A stretch of DNA of 64,000 nucleotides from Macrostomum lignano (taxonomy: Eukaryota). The stretch covers positions 1 through 64,000 of the forward strand of contig NIVC01003413.1 in NCBI GenBank assembly GCA_002269645.1, written 5' to 3'. A model generated the notes under the pieces. That model was not told the origin of the DNA and ran no database searches. It was given only the letters and a program-made list of their open reading frames with translations. Shown here one piece after another: positions 41,001 through 53,554 of the stretch. Within the stretch, counting starts at the first letter, position 1. Each line of letters opens with the position of its first letter. The position numbers and the translations under genes were made by a program.

Positions 41001-44000
41001 CAGCAACTGCTCACCCTGCGGCTCCTGGCAGCCAGATGTCAGGCAGATTTTCACTGAATGCTCGCACTGGGGCCCCGTGAATCCCAGATCGCACTTGCAC
41101 TCTTCACGGTGATAGTAAGCTGCAATGGTGACGAGTGGGTGAGTGAGTGAGTGAGTAAGTCAGTCAGTCAGTCAGTCAGTCAGTCAGTCAGTCAGTCAGT
41201 CATTCAGTGAGTCAGTCAGTCAGTTAGTCAGTCAGTCAGTCAGTTAGTCAGTCAGTCAGTCAGTTAGTCAGTCAGTTAGTCAGTCAGTCACCCACTCACT
41301 CAAGTCAGTCAGTCAGTCAGTCAGTCAGTCACCCACTCACTCAAGTCAGTCAGTCAGTCACCTACTCACTCAAGTCAGTCAGTCAGTCAGTCAGTCAGTC
41401 AGTCAGTCAGTCAGTCAGTCATTCAGTGAGTCAGTCAGTCAGTTAGTCAGTCAGTCAGTCAGTTAGTCAGTCAGTTAGTCAGTAAGTCACCCACTCACTC
41501 AAGTCAGTCAGTCAGTCAGTCAGTCACCCACTCACTCAAGTCAGTCAGTCAGTCACCTACTCACTCAAGTCAGTCAGTCAGTCAGTCAGTCAGTCAGTCA
41601 GTCAGTCAGTCAGTCAGTCAGTCAGTCAGTCAGTCAGTCAGTCAGTCAGTCATTCAGTGAGTCAGTCAGTCAGTCACCCACTCACTCAAGTCAGTCAGTC
41701 AGTCACCTACTCACTCAAGTCAGTCAGTCAGTCAGTCAGTCACCCACTCACTCAAGTCAGTCAGTCAGTCACCTACTCACTCAAGTCAGTCAGTTAGTCA
41801 GTCAGTCACCCACTCACTCAAGTCAGTCAGTCAGTCAGTCAGTCACCCACTCACTCAAGTCAGTCAGTCAGTCACCTACTCACTCAAGTCAGTCAGTCAG
41901 TCAGTCAGTCAGTCAGTCAGTCAGTCAGTCAGTCAGTCAGTCAGTCAGTCAGTCAGTCAGTCAGTCACCCACTCACTCAAATCAGTCAGTCAGTCACCCA
42001 CTCACTCAAGTCAGTCAGTCAGTCAGTCAGTCAGTCAGTCAGTCAGTCAGTCAGTCAGTCAGTCAGTCAGTTAGTCAGTCAGTCAGTCAGTCAGTCAGTC
42101 AGTCAGTCAGTCAGTCAGTCACCCACTCACTCAAATCAGTCAGTCAGTCAGTCAGTCAGTCAGTCAGTCAGTCAGTCAGTCAGTCAGTCAGTCAGTCAGT
42201 CAGTCAGTCAGTCAGTCAGTCAGTCAGTCAGTCAGTCAGTCAGTCAGTCAGTCAGTCAGTCAGTCAGTCAGTCAGTCAGTCAGTCAGTCAGTCAGTCAGT
42301 CAGTCAGTCAGTCAGTCAGTCAGTCAGTCAGTCAGTCAGTCAGTCAGTCAGTCAGTCAGTCAGTCAGTCAGTCAGTCAGTCAGTCAGTCAGTCAGTCAGT
42401 CAGTCAGTCAGTCAGTCAGTCAGTCAGTCAGTCAGTCAGTCAGTCAGTCAGTCAGTCAGTCAGTCAGTCAGTCAGTCAGTCAGTCAGTCAGTCAGTCAGT
42501 CAGTCAGTCAGTCAGTCAGTCAGTCAGTCAGTCAGTCAGTCAGTCAGTCAGTCACCCACTCACTCAAATCAGTCAGTCAGTCACCCACTCACTCAAGTCA
42601 GTCAGTCAGTCAGTCAGTCAGTCAGTCAGTCAGTCACCAACTCACTCAAGTCAGTCAGTCAGTCAGTCAGTCAGTCAGTCAGTCAGTCACCAACTCACTC
42701 AAGTCAGTCAGTCAGTCACCCACTCACTCAAGTCAGTCAGTCAGTCAGTCAGTCAGTCAGTCAGTTAGTCAGTCAGTCAGTCAGTCAGTCAGTCAGTCAG
42801 TCAGTCAGTCAGTCAGTCACCAACTCACTCAAGTCAGTCAGTCAGTCACCCACTCACTCAAGTCAGTCAGTCAGTCAGTCAGTCAGTCAGTCAGTCAGTC
42901 AGTCAGTCAGTCAATCAGTCAGTCAGTCAGTCAGTCAGTCAGTCAGTCAGTCAGTCAGCTACTCACCCGTTTCGTCAGCCATGCCGCAGTCAGGGCAGCA
43001 GCGGCCCCTGCTCCCGCAGTCGCACACCACAATCCTGGGAGTCCACACCGTGACGGCTCCGACCTCGTCCACCGCCGCCAGCTGCAGTTTGATGTCGCCT
43101 CGCCAGTTGTCGACGGGCTGCCACACGAGCTGCCAGCTGCCGCTGGCTCCAGCCTCCAGCTTCGCGGTCCCCCCGACGGCCTCCAGCACGGTGACATTCG
43201 GTGAGGCGCCGTCGGGATCCGTGACGGAGAAGGTGACATTGACGCTATTGTTGCCGCTCACTCGCAGCTGGGTCGGGGCGCTCACGAACTGCGGTGGTCG
43301 GTTGGCCAGGACGACCCGGGTTCGAGTCTCGTCTCGAATGGCGACGGCCGCGTCTTGAGCGGCTGCGACCGAGCGAAGCTGAGCGGCGTCGAACATGCAG
43401 GTGAGGTAGGAGGAGCCGGAGCTGCGGCACACCTGCCAGGGTACAGCAGGGGGTCGATGCACGATTTTTTACGGACTGTTCAATAAGTTTTTGTGAGTGA
43501 TTTTCCTGATTGTAAAAATCCGGTAGTGAGGCGCTAGAAACAACTTTTGAAATAAAGAAGTGGGTCGAGAATGGTTCTCAATGGAGCTAACCTTTTCATT
43601 TATTCTGCAATTCATTGGAGTCATGTCACGGCGAACTAGATTTCAGTACTATTTTTACCAGATTTTTATTTCGCTAGAAAAATGAGATCGTGACGCCTTT
43701 GCACGAATCTTTTCGGAAGCTATCAGGAATCTTCTCAGGTCAGCCAACCCCAATAATCCACATTAGGTCCCATGTGTTGCATTATGAGCCTTTTAGCTCG
43801 TAGATAAGGCAATCCCTTGTAGCAACTTTTCTTTCTATGGACCAAATATATATGACAGGCATTAAGCCCCGTGCCCACCGGGGACAAACCTCATTATCGT
43901 TCAAATGGCATGAGCCACAACATGGCTTCGAAAGCGGCGGAATAAGAAGCCCGAATTTAAAACGAAGTGGGCAGAAGACAAAACATTCTGTTGCAATGGC

Positions 44001-47000
44001 GCCCAAGATACACCTGCGGAACGCGCCACAGTTCGACAGTGAAAGCCAGATGACTTTATTCCCACAGTGGAAGCTTATGTGGGAGAATTTCAAGGAACTG
44101 TCTGGATAAAACGAAATTCAAGATGACGTAAAGAAAAATAAATATAGCCTCTTCGCACTGCGCGCATGTCTAAACATCATCGCCAGCATGCACCATCGCC
44201 TTAACCGGACTGCTGTCCACAATTACGGGCTGGCGAATGTGGGACGAGGACTTGCTCTCGGAACACCGTTTTATCCGCTTTTGCATTGAGCCGACCAAGC
44301 AAAAGCCTAAGGTCGCTTGGAGTCGGAACGTCAAGAAAACCGATTGGGCCGTCTTTAGCTCGTAGCTGAGCCACGGCCTTCGGGATCTTGACCTCCCCAG
44401 TAACCTTTCTGACTGCCGGGTTGTGGATGATCTCGCCTGCTCCCTGGGTGGGGCGATCACCACTGCCTATGAGGCAGCCTGCTTTCTAAAGGCCTGCAAA
44501 GCTCTAAAGGCCTACAAAGGCAAGAAATCTGCTCCCTGGTGGAACCCAGAACCCTGGAAAGAGCGACTACCAATCTTTGAAGGCCTTCAGCCCCATCAGC
44601 CTCACCTCTTGCTGCCTTGAGCTCCTCGAAAAACTGGTACTTTGGCGCCTACTTTCAAACGAGCTGAAGCGCTTCCCACTCTCGCCGAACTTGCCGAGTC
44701 ATTGTTGACTTCCTGGAGAGGGCCGTTCTTGGCAGCGGCTTTGCCCTCTCGCTTTTTCTGGACATTGAGTGGGCCATCAACAATGTTATCTTTGAGACCT
44801 TTTGCAGAGCCCTGAAATCCAGGGCCACGCACCCTCACCTTGTCCGGTGGATCATGTTCATGATCTGGAACCGCACTGTCGTGGCCCACCTAAATGGCAG
44901 CTCTCTTACGGCGCCTGTCCAGAAAGGGGGTCCCAAGGGCGGGGTCACCCGATGATGTGACCGCAATATGCGCGGGCCCCTCGGTTTATAGCATCAGAGA
45001 TCTTCTGCAGGACATTCTGGGACAAGCGGAGCGTTGGCCAAACCAATTTGGCCTTAGACTCTCAGATTCGAAAACCACAGCGGTCATGTTTACCAACAAA
45101 CTGCTCTGGAATATTAAGCCCCTCACTCTCTATGGAAAGGATATTTCCATGGAGAAGCAGGGGGGCAGGGGGAACCTGGGGGCTCGCCCCCAGAGAGCTG
45201 CTGTGGATTTACACTTCCATTATCCGCCCCTCAATCAGTTACGCCAGCCTCGTGTGGGCCAGCGGCCTGAGCGTCAAGAGCAACCTCGATGCTCTTTACA
45301 AAATCCAGGGCAGAGCCTGCCGCATGACCATGGGCGCTCCACCCTCTACTCCTTTTAAAGGCATGAATTTCTTCCTCTATGCTCCTCTTCTGGATATTTA
45401 TATCAAATGAGAGGCGACGAAGAGCAACCAGCGTCTTCTGGATGCTGGGGTGGCCTTCAAGAAAGTTCGGGCCTTTAAGAAGCGATCGCTTATCCCACAC
45501 TCTGATCTCTGCCTCAAGGCTCTCAAGGAGTTTGGTAGGCTCAACATCCTCACGGACTGGATCCCAGCTACCCTTTGCCTGAGGCAAAGGTATAAGGTCA
45601 CTATTCAGCCTCGGCACGAGGCGAGTTACAGCTGGAGCGATTCTGAAGTCCAGTGTTACACTGACGGCTCTATGCGGCATGGTCTCTCAGGCTTAGGAGC
45701 TTGCGGCTTATTCAAGGGAGAAGTGGTGTGGAGCTCTCCCAGCACACTGGGCTCAACTCCAGTGTTTTTCAGAGCGAGGTGCTTGCCATCAGCTCCTGCG
45801 CGGCAGAGCTGCGCCGAAGGCAGCTTAGCGGTAGGAAATTTATTTTTCACTCTGACAGCCAAGCAGCCCTTCAGGCCCTCTGCCGCAGCACCACCAGCTC
45901 CAGATCTGTACTGGATTGCAACGCCCAGCTCAAAAGGCTTGCGCAAGGCAACCAGGTAGAGCTCAGCAGAATCCCGGGCAACGCTAGTTTCCGAGGTCAA
46001 CGAGGGCGCTGACCTGATGGCCAAGGCTGGCTCCGCCGGCGTGCTGCTGGGGCCGGGCCCGGGGGCCCCCATCCCCGCCTCGGCGATCAACTCCCGCGTT
46101 AAGCGCTGGACTGATTCCAAGCATCTCCGTAGGTAGCACGACACCCGGAATTGTAGGCAATCCCGTGCTGCCGTCCCCTGCCCCTCTCCTCTCCTCCTCA
46201 GGCTCAACTGCAGAGACCTCAGAGCAGTAAACATGGCCCTCTACGGGCATGCCTGCTTCTCTCGCCACCGCTTCCTTCAAGGCTAAGTACCCGAGGAGCG
46301 GTGCCCCTTCTACCGCTCATGCAGTGAAAACGCCGAGCACTTTATCTGTCAATGCCCGGTTTTCATCAGGGCGAGGCGCACTCAGGCCCGAGTTTGCAGG
46401 CCCGAGAGCATCCCGCTGCTCGCCCGGTACCTCAGGGACACGGGACGAGCTGATTTCTTCCCCACCGTCAGTGAGGAGGACCGCGCTGCAGGCGAGACCG
46501 ACGGCTCCCCCTGAGCGACATCACTTCAACGAAAGTCATTGGTCGTCAGGGGCTAGCGAAATGGACGGTCTCGTCCGCCCCCTCGCTGCATCCGCCGGAC
46601 GCCCCCTGCGGCTAAGTCAAGTAAGTCAAGTCAAGCCTCGAACCCATGGGGGCAAACCCCATTGTTCTTCACATGGCATAAGCAACAACAACATGTACCT
46701 TTAAAATTGTCATTGCTTTCGCATATCATTGGCTCATCCAGGCGCGTTGCCACCGCAGGGAACAGGGGGCACATGTCCCCCCAAGTAAAATCTATGGGGG
46801 GACATGCCAATGCTTTGTCCCCCCACCAAACTTTTTGACCCGTTGTGGTAATTAATAACTTTTTCAGGGCGCCAAAGTATAGCGCCTTCGGCGCCAAACT
46901 GAGTTTCTGCGTCGCTAAAAGGAATGCCTGCGGCGATAAAATAAGTGCCTGCGGCGCAAAATGAGCGCTGACAACAGGGTTCGCAAAAAATGGAAATATA

Positions 47001-50000
47001 GGAATTTAGTCTTGTACATGTTGAATTCCTGGCTTTGTCCCCCACCATAAAATCTATGGCGACGCCCCTGGGCTCATCCTGACTTCCACCCGTCATGGCT
47101 ACTCACCTCTTCCGAAGCGTTCTTGAGCTCCGCGTTCCCGCCGAAAAGCGCCAGCATGTTGTCTTTAAAGTCCTCGGCAAAGGCCGGCACGAAGCTGAGA
47201 TTGCAGAAGTCAGCTCGGCCCTTGCCAGCCGGGTAGTGCAGGTAGCTCGGCTCTGAGCTGTTGAGTCTCCAGCTGTTCCCGAACTCAAACAGCTGCCTCT
47301 CGGAGCTGCCAGCTTGCAGGACGCTGCCGTTTCTCAGTCTGAATCCGCTCGCGTTGCTGTTGCCTAGCAACCCGTTCAGTCCGCTCGGGTATTTTCCTGC
47401 CAAGTCCAGTTGAACGCCGATTCTAAGCGAGCTCGTCTCCATGGTAACGGTGACGCTGACGCCGACAGACTCGTCGAAAATCTCGATGCTGCTGTTGTCA
47501 GGGACTTCCAGCCGGTAGCTGTCCAGTCTGGTCGCGTTGCTCAGCGCCGCCAGCTCACCCCTGACGCTACCGATCCGACGTCCGTCGCTGCTGAAGACGT
47601 CGAGGTCGTCGGAGCTTTCGTTGCGGATCACCGACACGGCCAGATCGTTGAGGCCGGACTTCAGCGCGACGCCGACGAAGGCCGTGGCGGCTCCACCGCT
47701 GACTGGCGCGGTGCGCGCTTGCAGCCGCAGCGTCGGTGAGTTCGGCCACTGCTCGCTGGTGAGCAGGTGGTACTCGCAGTGACCGTTGAATGTGTAGCTG
47801 CGGTTCGAGAGCGTGCTCAGGTGAGGGTCGCCTCGGATGAAGCCTGGAGATCGGAGGTTGATTGTTTGGTTTAATTGCTTAGTTGCTCAGGTTTTGGTTT
47901 GATGCTTAGTTGCTCAGGTTTTGGTTTGATGCTTAGTTGCTCAGGATTTTGGTTTGATGCTTAGTTGCTCAGGTTTTGGTTTGATGCTTAGTTGCTCAGG
48001 TTTTGGTTTGATTCTGTAAGTGACCTAAAGCAGTTGAGCGGCCGGTAGCTGCCAAAAGTGAATAATTTTTCAAAATACTTAAAATATCGCAGTCAGAGCT
48101 ACAATTAAAGCGAAGCAGTTACCTCTAGCTGGTTGCTGGTAGTTCTTGCTGGTGCACATGGGTCTGACGGCATAATAAGCGGCCATCATTCCGGCCGCTG
48201 AGCAGACTCTTAGGCCGTACAACTCATTTTGATACTGCGGAGATCCGAAGCCAAATTGAAAACTATCAGTCCTGCTATGCCGATAGAAGTACATTGCGTG
48301 TCCTGCTTTGTCTGAGCTGGTGCTGATGAGTTGGCCAGCTGTAAATGATTGTGTTTTGCAAATCAATGAATTAAAACTTATTTATATCTTATTATCTGGT
48401 TCAGTTTATTCAACTCCTCAATCCTCAAGTTCTGACTCACTGGATGGCATGCTGAACATGATCCGTCGCATGACAGCTCTCACATTCCAGAGGGCATCAC
48501 TTCTACGGCACAGCTGACTGATTTCGCTGCCAGCAACTGCCGATGACATTCTGTAGCAGCATGTAATCCAAACCAGTCGGCTGCACATTTGGAGCCGGCA
48601 GGTCCAAGAAGAATGAGGCCGACAGCCACTGAACGCGCTGCAATGGCACGTTTGTGAGCACTGGTAGTTGGTTTTGCGGAAGCACATCCTGATGCTGTCA
48701 CCGGAGCACTCAAACTCGTACGGACTGTACCGCTTGTCAAGGACTGCCGTGCGAAGATCGAAGGGACAGTCGGAGCAGCCTGGAAAGACAGAGCTGCTTT
48801 GGTTGGCTCTCGCGGCTGCGATCCAACTGCCGCACTCAGATAAAACCCTCTTCCCGATGCTCAGCACGTGTCGTCCGGGTCTTCCCGAACTTCCAGGACT
48901 CAGGTTGGGCAGCTCGGGCCAGTCGGGGCGCAGGCTGAATGGCAGCTCTTTCCGAACGAATAAATTATCCATGAATCCTGAGAATGCCATCAGGTTCAAC
49001 GTTGGATGGCTCCAGTTGAGGATTCTCGGCACAGGCAGGTGGAAGTCGCCGTAGTTGAAAATGGCGTATGAGTGAGTCTCGTTGCGCGTTACAACTGCTT
49101 GGAACTCGATGCTCTGAAATTGCATGCAGTAAGCAATTGTGCTCGATTGAGAAAGAGCTGAAAAGCTTGATTTGCGGTCAGCTCTCCAAAGACGAAAAAA
49201 GTTTAAATCTGTTACTTGTTGCTTCGTTTAGACTGCTTTGCACGATAGCTTTCGTTTTAATTGCCAAAGACTGCCAATTCTGATCATTCAAGTTTGTGCC
49301 GTTAAGCAAGCAGTGTATATTCGTGATGTTTCTTTGTTCGCACTGCCTTGCGTGACAGTTTTATTAATTACCAAAACATGCTAATTCTTAGCACTCCCAT
49401 GCATAAGCAGAGCTTTACGAAAGAAATGCAGGCGTGACACGCTTCGCTTTAAGTTTTCCATGAAATAACTATTGAAGCCCTACAAGAAGCTAAATTTCTG
49501 AAATCTTATTAGTGACAGGAAATTCTAAAGGTGTACAGCTGTGCAAGAATATTTTGCGTCCATTGATACCAGTTTAGTAGTTGCGCTGCAAGAATCCTAG
49601 CAGATGCGCTACAAACTCTTAATGCCGTTTCAGCCTAAGCTACTAACTACGATATTTGGGGGGCCGTAGCCGAGCGGTAGCGCAGCTGCTCTGGTGTACC
49701 AGCGACCCAGGCTCGATTCCAAGTGCAGTCACATTAATTTGGGGCTGAATTGGAATCTCGGCTTGGCTCTGCTCGTGCAATTAACGGCCTTGAGAGACAA
49801 CCCCCAAGGCGCAGTGAAGTTTACATGCCTAACGATAGAATAAAGTTAGGGCCGCTGTACACTCCTGTGTGAGTGTGTGCCTGCGTACGTATCCGCGCGT
49901 TTTTATGCCTGCTCAAGGAAGTCGGCGGAATGGGCAGTAATGCCTCTCGCCGGTTGTGTGCCTATGTCGCTTAAAGTGCACCAGGGTGCACACAACCCCC

Positions 50001-52646
50001 TGCCTCTAATAAAAAAGAACTAAGATATTTTCTTGGTCATTGCCAGCAAACGGAAGTGCAAATTATTTCCGTGGGAATGAGCTCTGTCACTTCGGAGAGA
50101 TTTCCCCACTCACAGCATTTGCCTTGTCTCGAGAACACAGGCCCAGGCAGAGGTCGAGCCAGCCGTTTTTCTCGTCCCAAGCTTGCCTAGAAGTGCAGTT
50201 CGAGACGCAGTCGAATCGGTTCCCATAAGGCAGTGACGGCGTCAGAATGCGCCAAGTCACGATGAGCGCCGTCAGAGGGTTGAACTTGGACCGAATCTCC
50301 TGCTCTATGATCTGCTTGACCGCGCGCCAGTTCGAGCTAGAGCTATGGTTCCTCGAATTCAGCAGCTCGAAGGAAACCTTCGGAGTCCAATATCTCCGGT
50401 AGTAGTTGGTGGCAGGCTTAACGAACCAGTAAGGCGCCACGACGGCTCCAGTAAAGTTGATCTTCGCCGAGGTGGAGTTGTATGGTAAATGCCTCAGGCG
50501 ATAACCAGAGAAACTGATTGCTCCGTATTGGCTAACCTAGGGTGTTAAGATTTTTTTATTTAAAGCACACAGAAAAAGTTAAAGGACAATTAAAAAGTTG
50601 ATTTGAGCGAAATCTCCATCAGCTCAGTAGAAATAACTGTCAATTCGAAGTTACAGTTCAACTTTGTACGCAAAGCCAGATGTTGCAGAGCAGGACTCAC
50701 TCGAAAAGACAAACTTTCCTGACTGCCAATCAGAAAAGGAGCACCACGTGGTGCGGAAATGGAGCGTCTGTCGCCGTACCAGATACGGGTGTACGAACTC
50801 ATTCGGTAGTACCGGATACGGGTTGCATTTACTGTCGATAGGATCATGTGAGCTGAAAAATGCATCCGGGATTGAGAAAACTCGAGTGACTTTAGCCAAA
50901 TATAAATACAAATATATCACGTCAACTCACGATAACAGACAGTCCCGTTGCCATAGTAACCCGGCTTGCAAATGCAATCAAATGAACCGATCAGGTTGAT
51001 GCAGTCGGCATGAGCATCGCATTTGGAGCTGCTGAGACACTCGTCAACGTCTTTAATTGGGTTCAGTTTATGGCCGTTCAAATACAAGCTCAAGTTTAGT
51101 TATAAGTAGCCGCATTTATTTAAAAGTTAGTAAAATAGAAGGTAGAGTAGCTCGCTTAATAAATAGGAATAAAATGAATGAGAGAACAAACATTAACTCG
51201 TTTTTTTACTTTAATTCAATTGCCAATGCATTTCGACCCTCGTAGGTCATCGTCAGGGCAGTAGTGAAATTGAAAATTCTAATAAACAGTTGAATAAATA
51301 TACCTGTGATAAGTTGAATACACAATATAAATTATTGTACGTAGTTTTCAATCGAAACAAGTTAACACACGGTGCAGTAGCGTACACTCAAAGCTAAAAC
51401 ACGCTGAGTATGTCCCAGTATGTCTGCAACTTGAAGTCTCGTGTCCCTCGGCCTCTCAATGCAGGTGTCGTTTATAAATTTCATTGCTCTGGCGACCAGA
51501 GTATTTCGTACATCGGAAAAACTAAGCCACACTTGTACACTAGGGTCAAGGAGCACTGGACCAAAAGATCTGCTGTACAGGAGCATCTTCTCACATGCAA
51601 CTCATGCTGTAACAACAAACCGATTGATTTATTTAAGATTATCGATTCTTGCCGCCATGAGCACACTTTGAATATCTTAGAGGCTATGTACATCAAAGAT
51701 CAGAACCCGAGCCTAAACTGCCAGCTAGCTATGGGGGGGTGCCAGCCGCCAACTCAGCGTGTTTTAGCTTGGAGTGTACGCTACTGCACCGTGTGTTAAC
51801 TTGTTTCGATTGAAAACTACGTAATAATTTATATTGTGTATTCAACTTATCACAGGTATATTTATTCAACTGTTTATTAGAATTTTCAATTTCACTACTG
51901 CCCTGACGATAACCTACAAGGGTCGAAATGCATTGGCAATTGAATAAAAGTAAAAAAACGAGTTAATGTTTGTTCTCTAATTAAAGTCGAAGGTTTTCAC
52001 TTACCGGTGCAATTATCTGTTCCGTTGCCTTGAAACCCATCGATGCAGGTGCAGTTGTACGACCCCGGCGTGTCGGTGCAGGTAGCGTACAGACCGCAAG
52101 GCTTCGAATCGCATTTGCTCACGTCTGCAATGGTAGGTCGTTACAGCAGATACGGATAACGAAATAAAGGAAAACGGGTGATCAATGGAATCAACAAAAC
52201 ATCACATCAACCTCACACTAGCACACACATCAGATCCACAACAAAACACATACACATCGGAAAAACAAGAATACACACATAAGACCCGCAAGCTCAAAAC
52301 ACAGATTAAAATGCAACCACCAGAAACAATAACACGAGAGGAAAGTTTACGGCAATAAATTTCAGATTGTGTGAATCTACTGCAATCCGGTAATCTACTG
52401 CGCAACTGCTCACCTTGCGGCTCCTGGCAGTCAGATATCAGACAGACATTCACTGACTGCTCGCATTGGGGTCCTGTAAATCCCAGATCGCACTTGCACT
52501 CTTCACGGTGATAGTAAGCTGCAATGGTGACGAGTGGGTGCGTGAGTGAGTGAGTGAGTGAGTGAGTGAGTGAGTGAGTGAGTAAGTGAGTGAGTGAGTG
52601 AGTCAGTCAGTCAGTCAGTCAGTCACCCACTCACTCCAGTCAGTCA

Positions 52647-52689
<43 letters not shown>

Positions 52690-52691
52690 TA

Positions 52692-52730
<39 letters not shown>

Positions 52731-52980
52731 CCCACTCACTCAAATCAGTCAGTCAGTCAGTCAGTCAGTCAGTCAGTCAGTCAGTCATCCACTCACTCAA
52801 ATCAGTCAGTCAGTCACCCACTCACTCAAGTCAGTCAGTCAGTCAGTCAGTCAGTCAGTCAGTCAGTCACCAACTCACTCAAGTCAGTCAGTCAGTCAGT
52901 CAGTCAGTCAGTCAGTCAGTCAGTCACCAACTCACTCAAGTCAGTCAGTCAGTCACCCACTCACTCCAGTCAGTCAGTCA

Positions 52981-53023
<43 letters not shown>

Positions 53024-53025
53024 TA

Positions 53026-53068
<43 letters not shown>

Positions 53069-53520
53069 CCCACTCACTCAAATCAGTCAGTCAGTCAGTC
53101 AGTCAGTCAGTCAGTCAGTCAGTCATCCACTCACTCAAATCAGTCAGTCAGTCACCCACTCACTCAAGTCAGTCAGTCAGTCAGTCAGTCAGTCAGTCAG
53201 TCAGTCAGTCACCCACTCACTCAAATCAGTCAGTCAGTCACCCACTCACACAAATCAGTCAGTCAGTCACCCACTCACTCAAGTCAGTCAGTCAGTCAGT
53301 CAGTCAGTCAGTCAGTCAGTCAGTCAGTCAGTCAGTCAGTCAGTCAGTCAGTCAGTCAGTCAGTCAGTCAGTCAGTCAGTCAGTCAGTCAGTCAGTCACC
53401 CACTCACTCAAATCAGTCAGTCAGTCACCCACTCACTCAAGTCAGTCAGTCAGTCAGTCAGTCAGTCAGTCAGTCAGTCAGTCAGTCAGTCAGTCAGTCA
53501 GTCAGTCAGTCAGTCAGTCA

Positions 53521-53554
<34 letters not shown>

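Larger units (their letters stand above)
51133..51982 (+). mobile_element. Penelope-like element 3' fragment with inverted pLTR pair
   Basis: ~228-bp inverted repeats (51181-51409 vs 51752-51978) flank a GIY-YIG ORF fragment. Absent from the same intron in the other four modules. Confidence 0.9.

Noticed and set aside
50651-50920. Alternative open frame RVFSIPDAFFSS... through the variable exon of module B
   Set aside because: The same frame hits stops in modules D and E and is out of phase with the NIDO exon.
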